This document shows, in pieces, positions 41,689 to 51,115 of a stretch of 64,000 bases of DNA; within the stretch, counting starts at the first letter, position 1, and each line of letters opens with the position of its first letter. The notes under the pieces were generated by a model. The model saw only the letters and a list, made by a program, of their open reading frames with translations, had not been told where the DNA came from and made no database searches. A program made the translations under genes and the position numbers. Origin of the DNA: Longimicrobiales bacterium (GTDB lineage Bacteria; Gemmatimonadota; Gemmatimonadetes; Longimicrobiales; Gaopeijiaceae); NCBI GenBank assembly GCA_965226375.1, contig CBDDCX010000008.1, forward strand, positions 864,001 through 928,000. The letters run 5' to 3'.

Positions 41689-42401
41689 ACCGTCAGGTCC
41701 CTTGGCTGCGCGTCTTCGTGGAAGGCGTGGTGATCGTCGGCTCAATCCTGCTGGCGTTCGGACTTCAGGCGTGGTGGGACGGCGTTCAGGCGCGTGCTAC
41801 GGAGCGGAGCTACCTGCTCTCGCTCGGCGAAGAGTTCAGGCAGGCGCGTCCCCAACCAATGCGCGAACGGTCCCTTCGCTACGTCGCAGCCCTCATTGAC
41901 CAAACGCAAGGCGAACGGCTTGATGAGCCCGACTCCTTGTACCGTTGGACCACAGGGCTGTCGCAGCAGATCGAGTTCGATCCACCGCGCGCTGTGTTTG
42001 ACGATTTGGTGTCAGCGGGAGCGACGCAACTGATACGATCAGACAGCCTCCGACGGGCATTCGCTCGCTACTCGTCCCGGTTGGCTGCGTTGCGGTACGC
42101 TGACGCCCAGGCCTGGGCAACATGGGAGCAGAGAATCCAGCCATTCCTCGAGGGTCGAGTCCCACGATTGGAGCGTCTCCGAAACGGCGGGTTCGGGGCT
42201 GCCCCAGACCTTGGCGTCCCATTCGGGCCCTCGCGCCATGCGGCGCAGTGGGAGGAGGTGCTGCGCAGCGCTGGCTTCGAGGACATGCTCGTCGAAAGAT
42301 GGATGCGCCTTCGGCTCGCTAAGCGTCGCTATGACGACATAGTCGAACTCTCCGAGGAAACCCTCCGCTTGATCGCCAAGGAATTGGAGGACCTTGGATA
42401 G
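41685..42401 (+). CDS. Single-TM helical hypothetical protein (DUF6090-like), paralogue 1
   Basis: EGVVIVGSILLAF..AWWD TM motif and DDLVSAG..LIRSD.LR motif. Confidence 0.75.
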   Translation: MNRQVPWLRVFVEGVVIVGSILLAFGLQAWWDGVQARATERSYLLSLGEEFRQARPQPMRERSLRYVAALIDQTQGERLDEPDSLYRWTTGLSQQIEFDPPRAVFDDLVSAGATQLIRSDSLRRAFARYSSRLAALRYADAQAWATWEQRIQPFLEGRVPRLERLRNGGFGAAPDLGVPFGPSRHAAQWEEVLRSAGFEDMLVERWMRLRLAKRRYDDIVELSEETLRLIAKELEDLG

Positions 42402-42481
42402 CCACACGAGCGTGCACCTTGAGATCAAGTTTGAAGTGCAACACGCAAGGGGTTCATGGTCACAGGTCGCGGACCCGATAA

Positions 42482-42559
42482 CGCCCGTCTAAGCGACGAG
42501 AGCCTCCACCCTACCCCTGATACCGAATAAACCCCGAAGACGCTCAGAACGCGAATACA
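42482..42559. repeat. ~79-nt non-coding direct repeat, copy 2
   Basis: Near-identical to 40459-40537. Confidence 0.9.
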
Positions 42560-42659
42560 GGCCCCTAGACGGCTTCTTGCGAGGTCAGCGAGAAGTTGAG
42601 CTTGCGCTTCCCGACCTGCGGATAGGATGTTGAGCGGGTCTGATTGTGGAGGTGTGCCT

Positions 42660-43141
42660 GTGTCCGATCTCGTCGCTCGTCTGAACGCTGTCCTTGGTCG
42701 CGCCGCCTCTCGAATCTTCCCGGTTACGGTGTTGAGCCTGGCCCTCGTGAGCTGCTCACGCTCGCCATCCGGCTCCACGGTGCTGACGGTCGACATGCCG
42801 TTGCATCTGGAGCAGCACCTAGACGCTGCCACCATCGTGGGCTCCGAAGTACCGGAGGACGTTCCGACCGTTATGGAGTGGCACTTCGACGAGCCCCAAG
42901 AAGATTGGAAGCCGGTGGTCCCGTGGAACCCAACGCACGATCCGGTCGAGATCACCCAGCTCGACGACGCGCTGCGAGTCACGTTTACGGACGGTACGAG
43001 GAATCAGTACGGCGGGCTGGATGGCGGCCTGGTTCTGGAGGTGCCCGATTGGAACTACGAGGATCTGGCTCATCTCGTGGTGCGTGCTCGCACCGCCGAT
43101 GATGTCGGGGGCTTCAGGCTCGCCTTCAATCGACGTGAAGG
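42660..43141 (+). pseudogene. 5' part of the sulfatase-like lipoprotein gene, interrupted by the IS481 element
   Basis: MSDLVARLNA...LVSC lipobox; similarity to the 40615 copy stops at ~43141 and resumes at ~44975. Confidence 0.8.
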
Positions 43142-43199
43142 GCCTGGGAGGGAGACACGCGGTACAGCCTACCCTGATCCTTTACACAATGGCCTACAC

Positions 43200-44946
43200 T
43201 GATGGTTGACAGGTTCCTATCAACCAGGGTTCTGCAACAAGGAGAGCCCGATGGACTGGAACCGGTCGACCATGTACGAGCAAAGAGTACGCTTCATCCT
43301 CGAAGTGCAACAACGGACGTTCAGTTTCGCCGAGTCCTGTAGGCGCTACGGTATTAGCAGGACCGCGGGATACACCTGGTGGAATCGCTTCCGCGCAGAG
43401 GGATTCGAGGGACTTCAAGAGCGATCGCGCCGACCCCATCACTGCCCGCACGCCGTGGAGGAGCCGATCGTCGAACACGTCGTCGACCTGCGTCAGCGCT
43501 ACGGTATGGGGATCACGCAAGATCCGTAAACTCACGAGCTGAGAAGTTTGGCTCGGCCCCAGTTCGCAGGACGATCGATCGCATCTTCGAGCGTCACGAC
43601 CAGGGAAAAGTGACATCTACAGCCGCTACGTCGTGGGATGGATGGTGGCGGCGGGAGACGGCCTCCAGCAGAGCTGCCTGAAGCATGGCGTCCAGCCCCG
43701 GGTCCTGGCACTCGGATCGGGGAGCTCCAATGACGAGCCAATGCAGCTCAACTTCTCGCTGACCTCGGCGTGACCCGCTCGTTGAGCCGGCCTCAGGTGT
43801 CGGATGACAACCCGTTTTGAGTTCAAAACCTTGAAGTACCATCCCTCGTTTCCCGGACGGTCGGGGATCAGGGCCAAGCCAAGACGTTCTGTCGATCGTT
43901 CTTCCGCTGGAGCACCGCCATGGCGGCATCTCGCTAACCCCCGAGCAGGTCCACTTCGGGAACGCCGATCAGGTCATTGCCGGCAGGAAATCCGTGCTCC
44001 GCGAAGCATGGGCCGCTCATCCCGAACGCTTCGTCGCCGAAGCCCAAACCGCTCCCGGAGGCCGTCTTCATCAATCCTCCCATCCCTTCCCTCACCACAC
44101 AGGACATTGCTCTCTAATTAATCCCGTAGAGTGTCCCATTGTCGTTGACAATGCGGTCTGGACCGTCGACTTCAAAGGGCAGTTCAAGATGCGCAACGGT
44201 CGCTACTGCTACCCCCTCACGATCCAGGACGGCTTCAGCCGGTTCCTGCTCGAGTGCACAGGGCTGTATTCCACGTCGATCGAGCTCGCCAAGCCTGTGT
44301 TCATCAGGACTTTCCGCGAGTTCGGTCTGCCCGCCGTCATCCGCTCCGACAATGGTACGCCCTTCGCTTCCATCGGCCTCGCTCGCCTCACACGCCTGAG
44401 TGCCTGGTGGATCCGCCTCGGTATCCGTCCTGAGACCATCGAGCCGGGTAAGCCGCAGCAGAACGGCCGACACGAACGCATGCACAGGACCCTCAAGCGT
44501 GAAGCCACTCGCCCGCCCAAGGCCAACCTCAGTGCCCAGCAGCGCCACTTCAACGACTTCCGCCACACATTCAATCACATCCGCCCCCACGAGGCGCTCG
44601 ACGACGCTACTCCCCATTCCGTCTACCGATCGGCTCTTAGAGCCTACCCCGACGTCCTTCCGCCCATCGAGTACCCTGAGCACTTCGAGGTCCGTAAGGT
44701 CTCTACAAACGGAGCCATCCGCTGGCACTCGCGTTGGATCAACATCAGTTCGGCTCTGGGCAACGAGTTCATCGGGCTCGAACCCATCGGCCCCGCTCTG
44801 TGGCAGGTCTACTTCGGTCCCACTACCCTCGGGTGGTTTGACGAAGAACTCTTCGTCATTTTCGACACCCACGGTAACACAGGACGTAACCCAATCTGTT
44901 AACCATCAGCTGGCACACTTGTGTTAACCATCAGGTGCGCTGTTCA
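43200..44946 (+). mobile_element. Disrupted IS481-family element
   Basis: N-terminal HTH MDWNRSTMYEQRVRFI...CRRYGISR.AGY.W from 43251; integrase core VWTVDFKG...IRSDNG.PF...GKPQQNGRHERMHRTLK at 44150-44902; terminal TGTTAACCATCA repeats with inverted TGATGGTTGACA at 43200. Confidence 0.9.
43612..44150 (+). mobile_element. Nested IS3-like transposase remnants
   Basis: DIYSRYVVGWMVA at 43612; VLREAWAAHPERFV...AVFINPP at 43994-44080; end-like TGTCCCATTGTCGTTGACA at 44132-44150. Confidence 0.6.
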
Positions 44947-44974
44947 CGCTTCCGCCAGTACTTCGAGTACGATG

Positions 44975-46975
44975 GCGAGCCGGTCACTGTTGTAAGTGAC
45001 GGTACGGTGCAGACCTACCGGGCGCGGCTGGATTACTTTAGGGCTTCTCCACCGGAGGACCGATTCGGCAGATTGCCCTGTGGTTCAACCCCCGCGATCT
45101 GGCCAGCATCGACATCCTTTCCATCACACTGGTCCCGAAGGTGGCCAACTATGCCGACGCGGGTGCGGCCTCGCGCACGGAAATCCGCAACCGGGTCTAT
45201 CGGCAGGCTGTGTATACGCACACGCCGGGGCGCGTGGAGTATCGGGTAAAGATCCCTGAAGGTGGCCGTCTCGACTTCGCGATGGGTGTCTTGCGTGAGG
45301 ATGTGCCCGTGACCTTTCGGGTCACGGCGACCGCCGACGGTGCCGAAGGCAGTGAACCGACCACGCTGTTTGAGGAGCACTACGCGGCAAAGGAGACCTG
45401 GGGCCAGCGTTCGGTGGATCTGACCGACCTTGCCGGCCAGACGGTGACGCTCGGCCTCGAGGCCGATTCGGAAGCCGAAGGGCGGGTCGCTTTGTGGGGA
45501 GCGCCTACCGTGACGGGCGGCGGCCAGTCGTCTCTTCCCAACGTCGTCTTCTACGTCTTCGACGGCGGCGCAGCGGACTACATGAGCGTGTACGGCTACA
45601 ACCGTCGCACGACCCCGGCCCTGGAGCGGCTGGCCCAGGAGGGCGTCGTGTTCGAGCGAGCGTATAGCAATTCCAGTTGGACACTGCCCTCGCCCGCCTC
45701 GTTCATGACTTCCCTACAGACAGTGTGACGGGGGGCTTGCTCGGCACCAACGTGAACCCGATACCGGCCGAGGCCGTGACCATGGCCGAGCACGTACACC
45801 GGGCCGGCTACCAGACGGCGGTGTTCACGGGGAACCCCAACGCCGGGACTCTGAGCGATCTCCAGCGTGGGGTCGATCTGTTCCGGGAGGACTGGGAGGA
45901 CTTCTCGTACTTCGGTGGGAATAATCACAGGGAGTCCTCGACGTACCTGCACGAGGGATTCTGGAGCTGGCGGGAGGACTATCCCAGCCAGCCGTTTTGG
46001 GCGCACTTCCAGACGACTGACACGCATGAGGATTTCCCCGCCGTGGCTCCGTTTTCGGGGCTTTTTGTGAGTCCGGATCAGCTGGCGACGTGGCGCGTGT
46101 GGCAAGACTCCCTGGAGTCACTGGGCAACCACGGCGTCTACTCCGGGGCATGGGAGAAGTCTGGGCTGGACCGCGTGAAGTTCTTTGCCATGCACCAGGG
46201 CCTCTACGACGAAACCATGGCCCACAACGACTACCAGCTCGGGCGGCTGGTCGAACGTCTCAAGGCCTCAGGCGAATGGGAAAACACGTTGCTGATCATC
46301 GGGGGCGATCACAGCATTGAAGCGGCCATGGACGACATGGGCGTCGCGATCCAAGACTCGCTTCCTCCCCAATGGAGCCGGCCGATGTTCCGGCCCACGA
46401 TCTCCAGGGTGCCTCTCATGTTTGTGTGGCCGGGTCACATCGAGGGAGGACAGCGGATAGCCCCTCCCGTATCGATGATCGACGTACTCCCCACCCTGCT
46501 CGACCTACTGGGGCTCCCCCCTGCCGAGATCGCACAGGGACAGTCGCTGGCTCCTCTGATGATGGGTCGAGAGGGATGGGAGCTGCGCCCGGTAATCTTC
46601 GACGAGTTCTACTCAGATGCCCAGAACGGAGAAGTGTCGGGCGTTATTGAGGTGGTGGATGGCCGCTGGGAGTGCGACGCTGGAGAGTGTCATGGCCGCT
46701 GGGGTGCGATGGAGATCAATGGGGGGAACCCCGGAGAGAACGAGGGGGAGTGGAAGCGCCCCTCCCCGCTGCTGCTCTACGACCTGTGGAACGATCCGAT
46801 GGCGCTGTGGAGCCTGCACGAGGAACGGCCGGATCTGGTTGAGAAATACACTGCCTTTCTGGAACATCAGTTTGAGGCTCACATGGCCCTGTCTCAGTAC
46901 TTCACACGATCCGGCGATGTTGCGTTGACGCCGGAGCAACTACAGACGCTCCGCACGCTGGGCTACATCCGATGA
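44975..46975 (+). pseudogene. 3' part of the sulfatase-like hydrolase gene (frameshifts near 45070 and 45720)
   Basis: PNVVFYVFD, YGYNRRTTP.LERLA.EGVVFERAYS.SSWTLPS, GDHS, RVPL, DVLPTLLDL, QG.SL, LYDL.NDP, LRTLGYI. Confidence 0.85.
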
Positions 46976-47048
46976 AGAGGACCGTGAGTGCTGGCGGAGT
47001 CTGCCTCGTCCAGAATTTCTTCGAGGAGTTGAAGGAGCGGGTGCCGAA

Positions 47049-47765
47049 TTGAACCGTCAGGTCCCTTGGCTGCGCGTCTTCGTGGAAGGCGTGGTGATTG
47101 TTGGGTCGATTCTGATGGCGTTCGGGATTGAGGCTTGGTGGGACGGTCAACAGCTTCGGCGGGATGAAGCTCAGGCGCTCGGGGACCTGCATACCGAGTT
47201 TGCAGCCAACCTCGACGGGATTGAGCGTATCACGCGGAGGCACCGAACTCTGATCTCAGCGGGGACCCAGCTCCTTGCTATGACTAGGGACCGTGATGCG
47301 ACCCCACCACGCCCTCAATTGGATACTCTTCTCTTCGCGTCCTTCGTGGACTACACGACCTACGACCCACAATCCGCTGCGCTGAGCGACCTCATCTCCT
47401 CGGGGCGACTAGGCCTGATCAGCGACGACACGCTCCGTATGGCCCTGGCCGACTGGCCAGCCGCGGTCGAGGACTTCATCGAGGAGGAGCGGCTGGTGGT
47501 CCGGCTTGTTGAGTCCTCTCTGCTACCCTACGTAACGGCGCGTGCAGCCACTGTTGACCTTTACCGTGCCTCCCGCGAAGCGTACGGATCATTCGCGCCG
47601 GGTCAACGCGATTCTGACCTCGCCGCGCTACTGGGTGCTCCGGAGTTTGAGAGTCATGTAGCCAATCGAGTTGCTCATGAGAGCCGCGCCCTCTACGAGC
47701 TTGAGATCATCCTCCGGCCACAAGTGGATATGATCCTGGAGCGGTTGGTGAGGGCCACTCGCTAA
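47049..47765 (+). CDS. Single-TM helical hypothetical protein (DUF6090-like), paralogue 2
   Basis: Same N-terminus as the 41685 copy; DLISSGRLGLISDD.LR motif. Confidence 0.78.
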   Translation: MNRQVPWLRVFVEGVVIVGSILMAFGIEAWWDGQQLRRDEAQALGDLHTEFAANLDGIERITRRHRTLISAGTQLLAMTRDRDATPPRPQLDTLLFASFVDYTTYDPQSAALSDLISSGRLGLISDDTLRMALADWPAAVEDFIEEERLVVRLVESSLLPYVTARAATVDLYRASREAYGSFAPGQRDSDLAALLGAPEFESHVANRVAHESRALYELEIILRPQVDMILERLVRATR

Positions 47766-47771
47766 CGTAGG

Positions 47772-47890
47772 TGAACAGCGCACCTGATGGTTGACACAAT
47801 GGTGCCAGCTGATGGTTAACAGATTGGGTTACGTCCTGTGTTACCGTGGGTGTCGAAAATGACGAAGAGTTCTTCGTCAAACCACCCGAG
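47772..47890 (-). mobile_element. IS481-family right-end remnant (inverted)
   Basis: Near-identical reverse complement of 44828-44946. Confidence 0.92.
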
Positions 47891-48092
47891 GCCGTGATCG
47901 ATTTCTTGATGCGGATGGGTCCCGCCACGAGCTGACCCGTGTTGCTCACGATGGCGATCACTGAATACGTTGCGTGTGCATCGATTCCTGCGACAAACAT
48001 GGCTGGCCTCCTTGGGTTGGGTGCCGCAGGTCCTTGAACAAGCCCAGCGTAACGCCCCGCTCGAGTGAGGTCAGCCCTTCGCCTTATAAGAT
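47891..48092 (-). mobile_element. IS110-family remnant: upstream non-coding end plus first ~35 codons
   Basis: ATG at 48000 after AGGAGG; MFVAGIDAHATYSVIAIVSNTGQLV resembles the DEDD RuvC N-terminus (GID.H). Confidence 0.72.
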
Positions 48093-48113
48093 CAGAATCG
48101 CAATTCGTTCGAG
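48093..48113 (+). repeat. Terminal fragment of the attC-like repeat
   Basis: CAGAATCGCAATTCGTT vs CAGAATCGCAATCCGTT at 49085-49101. Confidence 0.6.
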
Positions 48114-48129
48114 CGCACTGGAGCTGAGG

Positions 48130-48741
48130 TTGTCAGAAGCGAGTTCGGGGATTCCGTTCAGAAGGGCCATCTTCGAGGGTGCGGTCATCCTCGTCCTCAT
48201 ACTCCTGATCGGAGTGTCATGGGGGTGCTCGTCTGATGCCACGGGACCACCGGACGCGCCGGTCGGCGGCGGCGAGGAAACGCCACTGCATGGTCCAGAG
48301 AACCCTGCCCTAGTCGGCGACACGCTAACCCTCTCGAATATCACCGGACTGCGCGGCGGTAACCGGGCTACCATCCGTCTCACGTACCTTGGTCATGTCG
48401 CGGGCGCCGCGGCGCTGGACACGGTGATGGCGGCCAACCAATTCAACGAAGAGCCACCGGCGGGCTTCGAGTATCTACTGGGCCGCTTTTGGGTGGAAAT
48501 CGTCCAGTTGGCCGACCCGGGTATCGCGTTCCGTATGTGGGACGGACACTGGGAATCCGTGTCGGGGGCAGGGGTGATCCATGAACAGCCACTATTTGGA
48601 GTCTGCTGTCTTGAGGAAGTGCTTGATGGGGAGGGGTTCAGGGGCAGGTCATGGGAGGGGTGGGTGCCGTTCTTTGTCTTGCCATCTGACGAAGGAGTGC
48701 TAGGCACCTACCAGCGACTGGTCTGGTTCAAACTGCGTTGA
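48130..48741 (+). CDS. Cassette-like hypothetical lipoprotein (start uncertain)
   Basis: Hydrophobic stretch plus WGC lipobox-like site; ANQFNEEPPAGFEY motif; follows the attC-like core. Confidence 0.6.
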   Translation: MSEASSGIPFRRAIFEGAVILVLILLIGVSWGCSSDATGPPDAPVGGGEETPLHGPENPALVGDTLTLSNITGLRGGNRATIRLTYLGHVAGAAALDTVMAANQFNEEPPAGFEYLLGRFWVEIVQLADPGIAFRMWDGHWESVSGAGVIHEQPLFGVCCLEEVLDGEGFRGRSWEGWVPFFVLPSDEGVLGTYQRLVWFKLR

Positions 48742-48996
48742 AGGCGAGGGGACTACATGACCGCCCTTCTCATTGAGCAAAGCGAGGTTCTTCTCACAGA
48801 TCTAGACAGTCTCCTCGTGGATCTTGATAGGGCCATGGCACGATAGGCCATGTGCGATCGGCGCTCCCAGGGGCTCGTGTCTCTGATTGAGCGTGTCATC
48901 TTTGAAGACGCCTTTCGTTCAGCCCGTTATCGTCAACAGTTCGACATGGCGACGGACTTGATCACCCTTCTCCAGGGGGAAACTGCGCACGGTTCA

Positions 48997-49105
48997 GCCT
49001 AACACCATCACGAAGGACCGGGTCAAGTAGTCCTGAGCATCCCGCTCGCGCGTTTCGCTTGCGGTCACCATCTTAGGCGCGCAGCAGAATCGCAATCCGT
49101 TAGAG
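48997..49105 (+). repeat. attC-like site (GCCTAAC ... GTTAGAG), left arm degenerate
   Basis: RYYYAAC at 48997 and GTTAGAG at 49099; right arm repeated at 39869. Confidence 0.65.
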
Positions 49106-49128
49106 AGCCGCTGCCTGATGGAAGTGCC

Positions 49129-49625
49129 ATGAGCCAAACGCCCGAGAGTCGTCGGTGGAGAAAGCTGGTCGGAGAAGGGCTCCTCATCGTCTTCAGCATT
49201 CTCCTGGCATTTGGGATCGAGGCGGGGTGGAGCCAACGAGGCGAACGCCAGGCCGAGGTCGAGGCTCTGCAAGGGCTAAGTGACGACTTCGTCGAGAGCC
49301 TGGAACGACTCACATCGGTCGGGTCAGACCACGTCGAGGTGCGAGACGCTTCGGTCCGGCTGCTCGCGATGACGGGGCCTGACGCCGACCAGACCGTGTC
49401 CGACCTGGTCATGGACACCTTGGTTATGGCGTTGATCGCCTACCCTAAGGTGTTTCCCGTTACCGCCACGTATGACGCTCTGATCGCTTCCGGCCGAATC
49501 CAACTCCTCGAGAGTGCAGCACTGCGTCGAGAGTTGGCGCGCTGGGCGACGGCGGTCGTAGACCTCCGGGAGGAGGAGCGAGATGCGTTCAGATAAATGG
49601 ACGAACGTCTGCTGCCCTATCTGTT
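49129..49625 (+). pseudogene. DUF6090-like paralogue 3, premature stop and 3' truncation
   Basis: EGLLIVFSILLAFGIEA, YDALIASGRIQLL; TAA at 49594 followed in frame by MDERLLPYL. Confidence 0.7.
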
Positions 49626-49737
49626 CGATCAGCTCCTGCGTCCGCATCTCTAGGTGGAAGTGAACTTCTTTGTCCACATCCTCACCGATGGGAAGATCAC
49701 CGACATCGGGCCGATCGGAATGGAAACGCCGGTGCAT
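49620..49737 (-). pseudogene. N-terminal stub of an ABC permease (ADOP-type prefix domain)
   Basis: EDVDKEVHFHLEMRTQELIEQ directly after PadR, then abruptly cut. Confidence 0.7.
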
Positions 49738-50069
49738 GGTGCGCCGTCCGTGGCGTGGAGAACCCGGGACATGGCCTCGACGTAACGCCCCCAGTCGCGT
49801 AATTCACGCTCGAGGTGGCCGCGGCCGCCCTTGGTAAGCGTATAGAATTTCGCCTCGCGGCCCGTATCGGTGAGCCCCCACTTGGTTTTCACCAGGTCCT
49901 TCTTCTCGAGCCGTCTCAGCGCCGGGTAGAGCGCTCCCTCTTCCACGGTGAACACGTCTCGAGTGCGGAGTCGAATCGCTTTGGAGATGCCGTATCCATG
50001 TAGGGCCTCCCAACTCAACGTCTTCAGGATGAGCACATCCAGGGTTCCCTTGATCAGCTCCACACGCAT
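49650..50069 (-). CDS. PadR family transcriptional regulator (acidobacterial type)
   Basis: GTLDVLILKTL, HGYGI, EEGALYPALRRLE, GREAKFY.LT; natural stop near 49735 appears lost. Confidence 0.9.
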   Translation of the reverse strand: MRVELIKGTLDVLILKTLSWEALHGYGISKAIRLRTRDVFTVEEGALYPALRRLEKKDLVKTKWGLTDTGREAKFYTLTKGGRGHLERELRDWGRYVEAMSRVLHATDGAPCTGVSIPIGPMSVIFPSVRMWTKKFTST

Positions 50070-50247
50070 ACTCCCGGTTGGCTTCACCCTCTGCACATCG
50101 GGTAAAGATCTTATGCATAAGAATCATAGGGGTCTGTCCAGTAGAGATAGACGGGAAAACACGCCCAAAGGTTGCAGCGGGATTGCGTCTCACGGTTGGA
50201 CAGGGGAGTGTACTAGCTTCCGAAGTGCCGAAATTGAGGAGGTGGTC

Positions 50248-51072
50248 ATGCGTGGTTCATCGGTTTGTGTCGCGGCCTTGATGGTGCTTATGGGTTGTCA
50301 TGCACCCACCGGTCAGCCGGATTTTTCGGCTGTCTTCGACGGGTCGGGTGGGCGCTGGGTCGACCTCAGCTACGCGTACTCGCAGGAGACGATCTATTGG
50401 CCGACGGCGGATGGATTCCAACTGGAGGAAGTGGCTTACGGCGAGACGGAGGCCGGGTATTTCTACAGTTCCTACAACGTCTCGACCGCTGAGCATGGCG
50501 GCACACATCTGGACGCCCCCATCCACTTCTTTCGCGGCGGTATGGCTACGGACGAGATCCCTCTGAATCGGCTGATCGCTCCGGCCGTCGTGGTGGACGT
50601 GTCTTCCCAGGCGACCCCCGACTATCTGATCTCCACCGGCGATCTGGAGGCGTGGGAGGCCGAGCACGGCCGGATTCCCGACGGCTCCATACTGCTCCTC
50701 CGGACCGGATGGGGTGAGCGTTGGCCCGACCGTTTGCGCTATCTGGGTACGGAGCGAACGGGTCCCGACGCGGTGCCCGAACTCCACTTTCCCGGAATCC
50801 ACCCGGATGCGGCCCGTTGGATCACCGAGCAGCGTGAGGTCGCTGCGGTGGGTATCGACACGCCCAGCATCGACTATGGACAATCCACGGGCTTCGAGAC
50901 GCACGTGATTCTCTACGGCTCCAACACTCCTGGCTTCGAGAACGTAGCCAACCTGGGTGCGGTCCCCGAGACAGGGGCCTTTGTAGTCGCCCTTCCCATG
51001 AAGATCGCCGGTGGCAGCGGTGGCCCGCTACGTATTGTGGCGTTCGTTCCCTCCGCTTCGGACGGATCGTGA
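50248..51072 (+). CDS. Cyclase / kynurenine formamidase-like family lipoprotein
   Basis: EHGGTHLDAP.HF, LRTGW, GIDT.SID, FEN, LPMKI.GGSG.P.R; LMGC lipobox. Confidence 0.9.
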   Translation: MRGSSVCVAALMVLMGCHAPTGQPDFSAVFDGSGGRWVDLSYAYSQETIYWPTADGFQLEEVAYGETEAGYFYSSYNVSTAEHGGTHLDAPIHFFRGGMATDEIPLNRLIAPAVVVDVSSQATPDYLISTGDLEAWEAEHGRIPDGSILLLRTGWGERWPDRLRYLGTERTGPDAVPELHFPGIHPDAARWITEQREVAAVGIDTPSIDYGQSTGFETHVILYGSNTPGFENVANLGAVPETGAFVVALPMKIAGGSGGPLRIVAFVPSASDGS

Positions 51073-51115
51073 TCTATCTTCAGGAGCAACGCACGCTACC
51101 GAAGGAGCTTACAAC

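Noticed and set aside
43994..44902. Intact 302-aa transposase ORF
   Set aside because: Chance in-frame join of an IS3-like tail and the IS481 core; its true N-terminus lies at 43251
47707..48000. Genuine 97-aa protein
   Set aside because: IS110 N-terminal stub reading out of frame into an IS481 end
48758..48996. Additional cassette gene
   Set aside because: ATG at 48758 hits TAG after ~29 codons; possibly a decayed ORF but not supportable
38094..49740. Prophage, DGR, retron or defence system
   Set aside because: No phage structural genes, integrase, reverse transcriptase or recognisable defence domains; the repeats show no adenine-specific variation that I could see
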